From an uncultured Chloroflexia bacterium (GTDB lineage: Bacteria > Chloroflexota > Limnocylindria > Limnocylindrales > CSP1-4): a DNA stretch of 64,000 nt. Position numbers and translations under genes: made by a program. Each line of letters opens with the position of its first letter. Positions within the stretch are counted from its first letter, which is position 1. This document shows, one piece after another, positions 1-10,029 of this stretch. The stretch spans positions 736,001-800,000 of the forward strand of contig CAVXPZ010000001.1 in NCBI GenBank assembly GCA_963763775.1, in the 5' to 3' direction. The notes beneath the pieces were generated by a model, which did not search any database, had not been told where the DNA came from, and saw nothing but the letters and a program-made list of their open reading frames with translations.

Positions 1-295
1 CGTACTCCGCGAGGATCCCGATCCTCGGGCCGTCGCCGGCCCGCCCGCCCCGCCGCACCGCCCGGATCGCCGTCGCGAGGCTGCCCGCGGGGAACTCCAC
101 CTCGAAGCCGTGCCGGCTGAGCGCCTCGGCGATCGCGGCGGCCGCGTGATGTTCCTCGAACGCCGGCTCGGGATCCGCGTGGATCCGATGCGACAGGTCG
201 AGGATCTCGGCGCGCGCGGCTTCGACGCTCGCGGCCAGGCGAGCCTTGGCGTCGGCGTGGGGTTCCGCGGGGCGCGTCGTCGTGAGCGAGGGCAA
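1..295 (-). CDS. M20 family amidohydrolase, N-terminal part (runs off window edge)
   Basis: Own translation of the minus strand: ...AEILDLSHRIHADPEPAFEEHHAA...GPRIGILAEY; TTG start preceded by AGGAGG. Confidence 0.8.
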   Translation of the reverse strand, partial: MPSLTTTRPAEPHADAKARLAASVEAARAEILDLSHRIHADPEPAFEEHHAAAAIAEALSRHGFEVEFPAGSLATAIRAVRRGGRAGDGPRIGILAEY

Positions 296-392
296 GGCGA
301 CCCTCCTGGGTGGTGGCTAGGCGGGTGGGTGGCAAAGCCTATCGCCCGCCGATGAAGGCCGCGGCCTCGTCCCGGCCCGTGCGCGCTCCGCG

Positions 393-767
393 TCAGCGCT
401 CCGCCGAGAGGGTCGACTCCGCGACCACCGCGAGGGCGATCATGAACAGGGCGATCGGCCACTCCAGGAGGTCCTGGATCCGCAGGACGACGAGCACGGT
501 CACGAGGACCCCGACCCACGCCCCGCGACGGACGGCGCGGACCCAGTCGCCGCGATAGGCGATCCGGCGATGGCGGGCGAACACCACGAGCCAGAAGACG
601 GGGATCAGCGTGAGTCCGACGGCGAGGCCCATCAGGGCCGCGCCGACGAACCCGGCCCCTGGCTCGAGGACCGGGTCCCGGGTGGTGACGACGAGCCCGA
701 CGAGCACCCACACGACGGCGGCGGCCGCGAAGATCCCGAGGTTGGCGAGGCGGTCGCGTGACTCCAT
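393..767 (-). CDS. Small membrane protein (about 4 TM), hypothetical
   Basis: Hydrophobic ORF starting MESRDRLANLGIF; TAGACT -10-like hexamer 8 nt upstream of the ATG. Confidence 0.7.
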   Translation of the reverse strand: MESRDRLANLGIFAAAAVVWVLVGLVVTTRDPVLEPGAGFVGAALMGLAVGLTLIPVFWLVVFARHRRIAYRGDWVRAVRRGAWVGVLVTVLVVLRIQDLLEWPIALFMIALAVVAESTLSAER

Positions 768-792
768 CCGGTGCGAGTCTAGGGGAGCGGAG

Positions 793-995
793 GGCGGAGG
801 GCGAAGGTCGGCCTGCGCGCCTCTCACGATCGCTCGCGCTGCGTGGCGCTCGCTCTCGATATCGGCGCGGCTGCCGACCTTCGCCCTCCGCCGCACGCCG
901 GCACCCGCAGGCCGGGTTGCTGGTGGTGGCGCTCGCTCTCGATGTCGGCGCTCGCTGCCGACCTCCGCCCTCCTGGCACCGACCCCCGCAGGCCG
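793..995. repeat. REP/BIME-like intergenic repeat: perfect 20-bp inverted repeat plus two ~70-bp degenerate direct copies
   Basis: 793-812 GGCGGAGGGCGAAGGTCGGC is the reverse complement of 873-892; unit GTGGCGCTCGCTCTCGATRTCGGCGC..CTGCCGACCTYCGCCCTCC..CCCGCAGGCCG occurs at ~843-914 and ~926-995. Confidence 0.75.
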
Positions 996-1010
996 TGTCG
1001 GTGAGGTGGG

Positions 1011-1430
1011 CTACATCGCGTCGATCTGGACCAGGCGTTCTCGGACGATCTGCTCGATGAGGGCAGGCGGGATGGGGTGGTCGGGGGTGAAGCGGATCGT
1101 GCCTTTCGCCGTGTCGTACCCGGCCAGCTCGTCCGCGTGCCGCTCGATCAGCTCCGGGCTCATCGGGAAGAACGAGCAATGGTGCTTCGACGCCGCGTAG
1201 GCGACGAGCGCCCGGCCCTGATACCGGAAGGCGGGGGCCCCGTAGCTGATCGCCTCCTCGGCGCCGACGGCGACCCGCGCGATGATCGCGCGCACGTCCT
1301 GCATCGCCGCGCGCTGCGCCGGGGGCAGCGCCGCGAGCGTCGCGTCGATCGTCACCTCGGCGCTCGATCTCGAGTCACCCACCGTCGTCTCCTCACTCGC
1401 GAACGCCCGCTTGCCGGCCGGTCGCGACAT
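1011..1430 (-). CDS. DUF1801 / YdhG-like protein
   Basis: Motifs EEAISYGAPAF, YAASKHHCSFFP, KGTIRF typical of the family. Confidence 0.8.
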   Translation of the reverse strand: MSRPAGKRAFASEETTVGDSRSSAEVTIDATLAALPPAQRAAMQDVRAIIARVAVGAEEAISYGAPAFRYQGRALVAYAASKHHCSFFPMSPELIERHADELAGYDTAKGTIRFTPDHPIPPALIEQIVRERLVQIDAM

Positions 1431-1471
1431 GGTCGCAGCCGGCGCCTCTCACGCGCATCCCCACGGCGACC

Positions 1472-4400
1472 CTACTTGGCCGCGCTCGCCGGGCAGATGT
1501 CCCGGAAGGCGCAGTAGGTGCAGGCGAGGTAGTCCGGTCGCGGCGTGTAATCCCGGGCCCGCATGCCCGCCGCGGCCGTCGCGATCTTGTCCTTCGCCTT
1601 CGCGAGTCGTTTCGGGTCCACCTCGACGCGGCCGACCAGCCCGGACTCCAGAAAATGTAGCGCGACGGCGTCCGGCAGCCGGCCGGTCATCGCCTCATAG
1701 CCCATCGCATAGATCTGGAGCTGGAGCGAGTCACGGGCCCGCTGTCGCGCCTTGACCGGGTCGCGCACATCCGAGGACTTGTAGTCCGTGATCGTCACGC
1801 GCTCCGGACCCATGATCCCGAGGGTCGGCGACAGGACGTCGGCCGATCCGACGCCGACGTCCGCCGGCTGGACCTGGGGCTCGCCCGTGCCCGCGACGAT
1901 GGGCTCGATGTCGACGCGGTCCCACCGGCCGCGGACCCGGTCGCCATCGAGCGTGAAGCTGAACTCGCGCTCGACGTAGGTCGGGATCACGGCCCCCGGC
2001 TCGATCTGCGCCTGGCGGAACCGACGGAGCGCCTGCCGCCCGGCCTCGAGCCGCGCTTCCTCGTGCTCCCGGCTGACGAACCCGACGTTCGACCACGCCG
2101 ACTCGAAGACGGCGTCGAGCTCCGCCTCGGACATCACCTCGCCGCGGGCATGTCGCTGGTGGAACAGCTGGACGGCCTTGTGAAGGGCCGCGCCGTAGAT
2201 GATCGCGTGGTGCGGCGCGAGCGGGATCCGGAGCACGTGTGCGTACTTGTACTTGAGCGGGCAGGTGAGGTAGTCGTCGATCTGGTAGAAGCTCAGCGAG
2301 AGCGGCTCATCGATCGGCCCGCGGCTGACCTCCGGGCGTGCCGCGGCCGCCTCGAAGGCCGCGAGGCGATCCGTCGGGGACGGCGTCCCGGCGCCGGCGC
2401 CGGGTACGGCCGCCCCGGCCGGAAGGTCGAGGGCTTCCAGGACGAACGGGGACACGCGTCGCGCCCGGGCGCCGCCGTAGTCGGCTGCGTGCGTCAGGAT
2501 CAGCTCGTCCCTCGCCCGCGTCATCGCGACGTAGCAGAGGCGCCGCTCCTCGGCGAGCGCGAGCTCGGCACTCGGCGCCAGGCCACGCCCCAGGTCGGCC
2601 GGCAGGCTCGAGCGGGTCGGTCCGATTCGTCGACGGGAACCGGCCGGCGACCAGCCCGGGCAGGAACACCACCGGGAACTCGAGGCCCTTCGCCTTGTGG
2701 ATCGTGAGGACCGCGACCGCGTCGGTATCGGGATCGAGCTCCGCGGTGGCCGGGTCGTCGCCCGCGTCGATGAGCGTCTGGAGGTGCGGCGCCAGGAACA
2801 CCGCGCGGTCCTCGGTCAGCAACGCGGACTGCGCCCGCACGATCTCGAAGAACCGGGCGATGTTCGAGAGGGCCTCCTCGGACGCGACCGAGGCCGTCGC
2901 CGCGAGCCGTGCCAGGATCCCGCTGCCCCGCAGGAACCCGTAGAGCAGCTCCCCGGTCGGACGGTCGTGCGCGATGTCGCCGTAGCGCGTCAGGTCGGTC
3001 ACGAGCTTGTGGACCGTGGCGCGCGTCCCAGCCTCGACTCGCAGGATCCCGGGTTGGGCATCGAGCTCGACGAGCACCGCCCAGACGGACCGATTCCGGC
3101 GCCGGGCGCTGTTGACGATCGCGGTGAGGTCCTCGCCGCCCAGGCCGTACACCTCCGACGCGGCCAGCGCATAGAGGTCGACGCTGGACTCCGGGTCCGC
3201 GACGACGCGAAGGAAGGCGAGCAGCAGCCGGACCTCGGGGCGGGCGTACAGCCCCGACGTCCCTGAGAACCGCCACGGGATGCCGGCCATGTTGAGCGCC
3301 CGGAGGAACGGGTCGGCGTGCCCGTTGGCCCGGACGAGGACCGCGTGGTCGCGCGGCGCGGCGCCGGCCTCGATGCGACGGCCGATCTCGGCCGCGATCC
3401 AGTCGGCTTCGTCCGAGCCGGTCGCGAACGCCTCCAGTCGGACCGGAGGCGGCGCCGGGTCCAGGCGCTCGGCGCGCAAGCGCTTGCCGACGCCGGCGCG
3501 GACCTCGAGGCGGTCGGGATCATTGAACCGGACGAGGCGATAGGCCGCGTCGAGGATCGGCGCCTTCGACCGGTAGTTGCGTCGCAGCACGACGGTCCGA
3601 CTCCCCGGGTACCGGTCCCGGAACCCGAGGATGTTGTCGATCGCCGCCCCGCGGAAGGCATAGATCGCCTGGTCGTCGTCGCCCACGACAGTGACGTTGC
3701 GGTGCGCCTCGGCGAGCAACCCGACCAGCTCGGCCTGCGCGCGGTTCGTGTCCTGGAACTCGTCGACGAGCACGTACCGGAACCGCGACGCGATCTCCGC
3801 CCTCGCGGCCGGCGAGGTTCGGACCAGCCGCAGGGCGAGCGCCACCTGGTCGCCGAAGTCGATGCAGCCGCTGGTCGACAGCAGCCGCTGATAGATCCCG
3901 TACGCACGGGCCAGCTCCGCCTGGCGCCGGGCGGACTCCGCGGCGGCCGACGCCGCGTCGCGCGCCGTCTCGGCCGCGTCGGAGCCGGCCGCCGCCACGG
4001 TCTCGGCGAGTGCCGCGGCCTCGGCGGCGACGCGCTCGGCATAGGTCGTGTAGGCCGACGGCGCGATGTCCTCGTCCTTGCACCGGCTGAAGAGGGTCGC
4101 CAGGGCATCGAGGAACCGCGTGGGGTCGCCGAGCGGCCGATACAGGTCGAGCCCGAGCTCGAAGAGGTGCTCGCGCAGGAAGATCACGACCTCGGGCCGG
4201 GTCAGGACACGCACGTCCGACGGCAGGCCGAGCTCCAGCGCGTACTGGCGGATGAGCCCGTCCCCGAACGCATGGAACGTCGAGATGGCGGTATCCGTGT
4301 ACCCGTACGGGACGAGCTGGTCCACCCGGACGGCCATCTCCTCGGCGGCCTTGTCGGTGAACGTCAGCGCGAGGATCTCGGACGGCCGGGCGCGCCGCGT

Positions 4401-4730
4401 GGCGATCAGCCAGGCGATCCGGCGGGTGATGACCTGCGTCTTGCCGGTGCCGGCGCCCGCGACGACCAGGAGCGGGCCGTCCTCATGCGTCACGGCCCGC
4501 CGCTGGTCGGCGTTCAACCCGCCCAGCAGGGCTTCGAGCCCTGGCTCGACTTCGGTGGTGAGCGCCGGGTCCATGACCGGCACCAGATCGTTCCATGCCG
4601 GCAGCTGGTCCAGTATCGCGGGCTCGCGACGGCGTCGGACGCGGGTCCTGGTCACCGCCGGAGGGAGACTGGCTTCGGCGACCGAGGTCGCGGGGATCGG
4701 GCGGGGCGTGTCGGTCGTCGTGGGGGCCAT
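1472..4730 (-). CDS. UvrD/PcrA-type SF1A helicase with C-terminal Fe-S PD-(D/E)XK nuclease (AddA/AdnAB-like); frameshift near 2610
   Basis: AGAGTGKT, LTFTDKAA, VDEFQD, VGDDDQAIYAFRGA, NYRS, TIHKAKGLEF; after the shift EERRLCYVAMTRARDEL; nuclease GRWDR, DYKS, QLQIY; Cys in YLTCP and CTYCAFRDIC. Start could be 4574. Confidence 0.85.
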
Positions 4731-4767
4731 GCCCGCACCATCGCCGACCGCCGTGCCAGCTAGCCTG

Positions 4768-5265
4768 TCAGGCCGTGGCCTGCTTGATGGCCGCGGCCTC
4801 TTCCTCGGACAGGGCCGCGTCGGAGCGACCCGCGCCGATGGCCTTCGCATAGACCCTCGTTCCTTGCCGCGCGTGCAGGCTCGAGAGCACCCAGCCGTCG
4901 CCGTTCGCGTCCAACAGGGCGAGCGCGAAGCTCTGGTTGCCGCCGGTCTCCTCGAACGGGTTGTACCGCACGAGTCCGACCCGCGAGAACGCGCGGCGCG
5001 ATGCGGCTTCGAGGATCGCGGTCCGACTGGTCAGGTCATCGACCTGGCGGGCCAGCGAATGGACCTGCTCGAGGTGCGCGTCGAGCACCGCCTCGAGACT
5101 CCGCCCTTCGGCGCCTCGGGTCATGTCGCTCAGCCGCGCCTCGAGCCGCGCCATGCGACGCGCCAGCCAGACGGCGAGCGCGAGCAGGACGATGGTGGTG
5201 ACCGCGAGGATGGCGACGATCACGCCGGTGGTCGAGCTACCGAGATCGATGGGACGGTCCTCCAT
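4768..5265 (-). CDS. DUF4446 family membrane-anchored protein
   Basis: N-terminal TM, coiled coil, VGLVRYNPFEETGGNQSFALALLD and RVYAK motifs. Confidence 0.8.
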   Translation of the reverse strand: MEDRPIDLGSSTTGVIVAILAVTTIVLLALAVWLARRMARLEARLSDMTRGAEGRSLEAVLDAHLEQVHSLARQVDDLTSRTAILEAASRRAFSRVGLVRYNPFEETGGNQSFALALLDANGDGWVLSSLHARQGTRVYAKAIGAGRSDAALSEEEAAAIKQATA

Positions 5266-5504
5266 GTGCGGCCGGTCCGAGTCCGGACGACCGTCACCCT
5301 GATGATGCGCAGCGCAACGAGACGTTGTCCAGAACGGTCGTCCAGAACGTCGCCCGGGTGGGCTCCGGGAGGCGCTCGCGGTCGTCCTCATCACGTCGAG
5401 CGCGGGTCGACTGGCTCGGCCGGGATCCAGCGGTCGGGCGACGCGGTGCTATCCTCTCCGCCGACATCGACGCCCGCCACCTGAACCGAGGACCACGCCC
5501 GACC

Positions 5505-5906
5505 ATGGCCAAACGCGCGCGCGGCAGCCACAGACCCGGCCAGCGACCGCCGCTCCAGAAGGCGACCGTCACTCCGAAACCCGCGGCGACGTCCGCGACC
5601 GCGGCGACCGCCACGCCGAAGCCCGCGACCCTGACCGAACAGGAGGAGGCCCGCGCGGCGGAGCTCGAGGCCCAGATCGTGGCCGAGGAGCGCGCTGCGG
5701 ACGACGCCCGCCGTCGCTCCGGTCGCCGACGGGAGCCGAGCCCCGTCGAGGCCGCCCCGCGCGCCTCGCTCGCGATCAGCGCGGCCGAGGAATACGCCTA
5801 CGTCGGCCGGGACGTCCGCCGGATCGCCGTCATCGGCGGCTCGCTGATCACCTTCCTCATCGTCCTCTCGATCGTCTCGCACGTGAGCGGCGCCGGCCCG
5901 ATCTGA
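5505..5906 (+). CDS. Hypothetical protein with C-terminal TM anchor
   Basis: Starts MAKRARGS; ends EEYAYVGRDVRRIAVIGG plus a TM segment; GAGGA upstream. Confidence 0.65.
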   Translation: MAKRARGSHRPGQRPPLQKATVTPKPAATSATAATATPKPATLTEQEEARAAELEAQIVAEERAADDARRRSGRRREPSPVEAAPRASLAISAAEEYAYVGRDVRRIAVIGGSLITFLIVLSIVSHVSGAGPI

Positions 5907-5945
5907 GCCGGGAGTCCCGCGTCCGAGGGGCGCTACCATCGCGTC

Positions 5946-7466
5946 ATGCCCACCGCGCGACGTCCCGCCGGCGCTCGACCCGAGCCGCTCTTCCAGCCAC
6001 CGCCCGAGCGACAGCCGCTGGCCGCGCGCATGCGCCCGCGCGACCTCGAGGAGTTCGAGGGGCAGGCGCACCTCGTCGGCGAGCGCGGGCCCCTTCGCCG
6101 CAGCGTCGCCCGTGGTCACCTCTCCTCCACCCTGTTGTGGGGACCGCCGGGCACCGGGAAGACCAGCCTCGCGCGCCTGCTTGCCAACGCCATCGGAGCG
6201 CACTTCGTCTCCCTCTCGGCCGTCATGTCGGGCGTGGTCGAGGTCCGCTCGACCATCGCGGAGGCGCAGGAGCGACTGGCCCTCCACGGCGCGCGGACCG
6301 TCCTGTTCCTCGATGAGATCCACCGCTTCAACAAGGCCCAGCAGGACGCCCTGCTCCCGCACGTCGAGGACGGCACCGTCACGCTGATCGGCGCGACGAC
6401 CGAGAACCCGTATTTCGAGGTGAACGCCGCGCTCCTGTCCCGGATGCGCGTCTGGCGACTCGAGGCGCTGACCGACGACGAGGTCGGGACCGTGGTCCGG
6501 CGGGCGTTGACCGATGCCGAGCGAGGCCTGGCCGGCCCGCTCGGGCCCGAGGGCGGCGTCGACCTGTCCGAGGCGGCCTTCGAGCATCTCGTATCCCTGG
6601 CGGGCGGGGACGCGCGAACGGCCCTGAACGTGCTCGAAGGCGCAGCCGCGCTGGCGGAGGACGAAGGGATCCGCGACCAGCAGGGCCGCGTCTCGCCGCG
6701 CCTCGAGGACGTCGAGGCGGCCGCCCAGCAGCGGGTCCTCGCCTACGACCGGGCCGGCGACGGCCACTACGACACGGTGTCGGCGTTCATCAAGAGCCTC
6801 CGCGGCAATGACCCGGATGCCGCGCTGTACTGGCTCGCGGCCATGGTCGCCGCCGGTGAGGACCCGAAGTTCATCGCGCGCCGGCTGATCATCAGCGCGT
6901 CCGAGGACGTGGGGAACGCCGACCCGCGCGCGCTCCAGGTGGCCGTCGCGGCGGCCCAGGCGCTCGACTGGATCGGGCTGCCCGAGGCCCAGTACGCCCT
7001 GGCCCAGGCGACGACGTATGTCGCGACCGCCCCGAAATCGAACCGGTCGGGGGCCGCGTACTGGGCGGCCGTGTCCGATGTCGAGGCCCGTGGATCCCTG
7101 CCCGTCCCGCTGCACCTTCGCAACGCCGCGCATCGGGGGATGAAGCAGCACGGCATCGGCGTCGGATATCGCTACACGCACGACTTCGACGGCGCCGACA
7201 TCGAACAGCAGTACCTGCCTGATCTCCTCGCCGACCGTCGCTACTACCTGCCCACCGACCAGGGGTATGAGGCGACGCTCGCGGCCCGGATGGCCGCCAG
7301 GGTGGAGGCCCGCTCGGCGGCGAAGGCCGCCGGCAAGACGCCGCGCACCCGGACACCGGCGCCCACGGTCACGCCGCACGCCGGCGACGGCATCCTCAAG
7401 ACGCGCGAGGCGAACCGCAAGAAGCTCGCGGACACGGAGAAACGCGACGCGGGCGACGCCGGCTAG
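5946..7466 (+). CDS. rarA: Replication-associated recombination protein A (RarA/MgsA AAA+ ATPase)
   Basis: PLAARMRP, WGPPGTGKT, FLDEIHRFNKAQQD, GATTENP, SAFIKSLRG, SEDVGNAD, APKSN. Confidence 0.95.
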   Translation: MPTARRPAGARPEPLFQPPPERQPLAARMRPRDLEEFEGQAHLVGERGPLRRSVARGHLSSTLLWGPPGTGKTSLARLLANAIGAHFVSLSAVMSGVVEVRSTIAEAQERLALHGARTVLFLDEIHRFNKAQQDALLPHVEDGTVTLIGATTENPYFEVNAALLSRMRVWRLEALTDDEVGTVVRRALTDAERGLAGPLGPEGGVDLSEAAFEHLVSLAGGDARTALNVLEGAAALAEDEGIRDQQGRVSPRLEDVEAAAQQRVLAYDRAGDGHYDTVSAFIKSLRGNDPDAALYWLAAMVAAGEDPKFIARRLIISASEDVGNADPRALQVAVAAAQALDWIGLPEAQYALAQATTYVATAPKSNRSGAAYWAAVSDVEARGSLPVPLHLRNAAHRGMKQHGIGVGYRYTHDFDGADIEQQYLPDLLADRRYYLPTDQGYEATLAARMAARVEARSAAKAAGKTPRTRTPAPTVTPHAGDGILKTREANRKKLADTEKRDAGDAG

Positions 7467-7559
7467 GAACGCCGACGAACGCGGCCGGCCCACCTGGCGC
7501 CGCGGACCCCGCCGTGACGGACGACGCATCGGCGTCACCGCGTCCGTCATCATCGGGCA

Positions 7560-8951
7560 GTGGGAACCGTCGACCGAGCCCGCACCCTGCCTGGCGGCGC
7601 CGCCGTCGTCGGCCTCTTCGAGCGGTTCGTGCCGCGCGGCGCGATCGTCCTGTCCCTGTTCAGCCTCGGCTACTTCGCGATGGGCGTCATCCGCAACCGG
7701 GTCTTCGCGAACACCTACGGCGCCGGCGCCGAGCTCGACGCCTACAACGCGGCGTTCCGCGTCCCCGAGATCCTGCTCGACGTCCTCGTGGCGGCCGGTC
7801 TGACGGCGCCGTTCGTCCCGATCTTCAGCACGCTCCGGCGCGACGCCGAGGAGGCCGCGAACGACTTCGGACGGACGGTCCTGACCGCCGCGGTCGCGGT
7901 GATGGCGGTCGCGTCGGCGATCCTCTTCGTCGCGGCGCCGTGGCTGGCGGGGGTCATCGGTGCGAGCTTCGACGCGGCGACCCAGGCGCTCTACGTCGAG
8001 CTGTTGCGGATCAACTGCCTGGCCCAGCTGACCTTCGCCGCGTCCATCGCGCTCGGCGAGATCCTCGTCGCGAACCGCCGGTTCGTCTTCTACGCGCTCG
8101 CCCCGATCCTCTACACGACCGGGATCATCCTCGGGACCGTGCTGTTCGCGTCCACCTACGGGATCGTGGCGACCGCCTGGGGTGCGGTGGCCGGCGCCGT
8201 GGCGCACCTCGCCGTCCGGGCCATCGGCACCCTCCGGACCTCGTTCCGGATCCGGCCGATGTTCCGCGTCCGCACGCCCGCGTTCCGCGAGTTCGTCCGC
8301 CTGATGATCCCGCGGATGATCAGCTCGCCGGTCGAGCCGCTGATCTTCACGTACTTCACCGTCCTCGCGGCGAGCATCGGCGTCGGGAGCGTCTCCTCGG
8401 TCAACTTCGCCGCGGACTACCAGGTCGTCCCGGTGAGTCTCATCGGCGTGTCGTTCTCGCTCGCGATCTTCCCGACGTTGTCGGCGGCGTACGCGGACGG
8501 GGAACGCAGCCGGTTCACGGCCCTGCTCCGGCGGAACCTGGTCGTCATCGCCGCGCTCACCAGCCTCGCGGCCGTGGCGCTCTTCGTCCTGTCCGGCAAG
8601 CTCGTCGAGGTCCTGCTGGGTGGCGGCGCATTCGATGCCGAGGATGTCGCGCGGACATCGGCCGTCGTCGCCGCCTTCGCCATCTCGATCCCGTTCGACG
8701 CGCTCGCCTACCCGCTCTCGCGCGGCCTGTTCGCCACCCACGACACGGCCCGACAGGTCGTCGCCTCGTTCGCGGGACTCGGCACGGTCGTGCTCGCGTC
8801 GCAGCTCCTCGTGCCGGTGGTCGGGATCCTCGCGATCCCGCTCGGCTACGCCGTGGGGATGGCCGCCAAGGACGCGCTGCTCGCGGTCTTCCTCATGACC
8901 CGGATGCGCCGGGCCTGGCCGGTCACGACGCCGCCGATGCCGACGCCTTGA
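7560..8951 (+). CDS. murJ: Lipid II flippase MurJ (MviN family)
   Basis: YGAGAELDAYNAAFRVPE, FVPIF, multi-TM MOP-type profile, RGLFATHDT. Confidence 0.85.
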   Translation: MGTVDRARTLPGGAAVVGLFERFVPRGAIVLSLFSLGYFAMGVIRNRVFANTYGAGAELDAYNAAFRVPEILLDVLVAAGLTAPFVPIFSTLRRDAEEAANDFGRTVLTAAVAVMAVASAILFVAAPWLAGVIGASFDAATQALYVELLRINCLAQLTFAASIALGEILVANRRFVFYALAPILYTTGIILGTVLFASTYGIVATAWGAVAGAVAHLAVRAIGTLRTSFRIRPMFRVRTPAFREFVRLMIPRMISSPVEPLIFTYFTVLAASIGVGSVSSVNFAADYQVVPVSLIGVSFSLAIFPTLSAAYADGERSRFTALLRRNLVVIAALTSLAAVALFVLSGKLVEVLLGGGAFDAEDVARTSAVVAAFAISIPFDALAYPLSRGLFATHDTARQVVASFAGLGTVVLASQLLVPVVGILAIPLGYAVGMAAKDALLAVFLMTRMRRAWPVTTPPMPTP

Positions 8952-9918
8952 CCGTCGGCACGACCACGATGTACTTGCCGTCACGCGCGGCGTAGTTGCC
9001 CTCGGGCCGCTTCCACTTGAGGAAATTGCGGATCATCTCGCTCCCATCCTGGAACGTCCCGGGCGGGTCGGACGGGCCCCAGATGCTCGAGACTCGCGGG
9101 TACCAGGGATCGAGGATGTACGTGCCGTCGATGTGCGCGTCCTTGAAGATCGCGGGGTCCGCGTCAGCCCGGTAGCCCGTCATGACCCACGTGTGCGCAC
9201 CGCGCCACGCCATGAGGAGCGCGGGCGACCCGGTCGTCTTGATCGCCTTGGCGGCGCCGCGGAGGGCGCCCTGCCGCGAGTTGTACGCCCGGACTTCGTA
9301 GCCCGGGGCGCCGTACGCCTTCAGGGCGAGGACCATCGCGGCCGGCCCCCATTGCCCGTTGTGACTGTCCGAGTAGCTCTCCCAGCGGCGGACCTTGCTG
9401 TTGATCTCGGCCTGCGTGTGGTCGGAGGTGTCCACGAGCCCGAGCACCGCCAGCGCCATCTGGACGCCGGCCGGGGCGCACCAGTCCTTGTCGACCTCGG
9501 AGGCGAAGACCTTCTTCGGGTGCTTGACGATGTTGACGTCCACGGCCTTGCGGACCGGGGCGGGCGTGGGGGTCGGGGTCGGGACGGGCGTCGGCGGGGG
9601 TGTCTCGCCCGGCTCGAGCGACGGGGTCGGCGTGGGGACCGGCGTCGGCGTCGGGACCGGCGTCGGGGTGGCCGCGGCGGTCCCGTCCTCGTCGTCGGTC
9701 TCGGTGTCGGTCGGGTCCTGGACCTCGATCGTGGCCACCGTCGGGCGGTCGGGCGGCGGGCCGGCGATGAACCGGTCGATCTTCGCGACGAGCCGCTCGA
9801 ACCGGTCCCCCGCCCCGAACGCGTTCACCCCGACCGCGCCCGCCCCGAGCGCCAGCCCGAGCAGGAACACGACGAGGAAGACGGCGACGAACTGCGTGCG
9901 GCGCGAGCGACGGTCCAT
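8923..9918 (-). CDS. Secreted or membrane-anchored protein with Pro/Thr linker and C39-like cysteine peptidase domain
   Basis: N-terminal hydrophobic segment, (PT)n/PVPT repeats, WCAPAGVQM, AHTWVMTGY, ILDPW (Cys-His-Asp order). Confidence 0.65.
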   Translation of the reverse strand: MDRRSRRTQFVAVFLVVFLLGLALGAGAVGVNAFGAGDRFERLVAKIDRFIAGPPPDRPTVATIEVQDPTDTETDDEDGTAAATPTPVPTPTPVPTPTPSLEPGETPPPTPVPTPTPTPAPVRKAVDVNIVKHPKKVFASEVDKDWCAPAGVQMALAVLGLVDTSDHTQAEINSKVRRWESYSDSHNGQWGPAAMVLALKAYGAPGYEVRAYNSRQGALRGAAKAIKTTGSPALLMAWRGAHTWVMTGYRADADPAIFKDAHIDGTYILDPWYPRVSSIWGPSDPPGTFQDGSEMIRNFLKWKRPEGNYAARDGKYIVVVPTVKASASAAS

Positions 9919-10029
9919 GGGCGATCGGGTCCTTCCGCGGGTCACTCTACGGCGGAACGACGACGGAGGCCGTGGAGATGCGACGCCGGACCCCACGGTG
10001 GTGGTGCCGCGCCGCCGCTCGTCCCGGCG

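Noticed and set aside
843-995. Direct repeats as a mini CRISPR array
   Set aside because: Only two long degenerate copies with a very short gap; not repeat-spacer geometry.
1472-2524. Cas4-like Fe-S nuclease suggesting a CRISPR or defence locus
   Set aside because: It is the C-terminus of the helicase across a frameshift; no cas genes or repeat-spacer array in the window.
2590-2630. Programmed frameshifting at single shifts (2610, 24640, 26220, 29165, 57935, 59450)
   Set aside because: No slippery heptamers seen, and the shifts fall inside conserved domains of unrelated genes; assembly indels are the simpler explanation.
5391-8984. Very long antisense or alternative-frame ORFs (also 16658-19231, 33774-37622, 46362-49106, 49985-52465)
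   Set aside because: Arg/Gly/Pro-rich shadows of well-supported genes, expected from stop-codon scarcity at this GC content; no motifs.
9560-9680. Tandem GGCGTCGGG-type repeats (also 24360-25600)
   Set aside because: Explained by Pro/Thr and Glu/Pro protein linkers.
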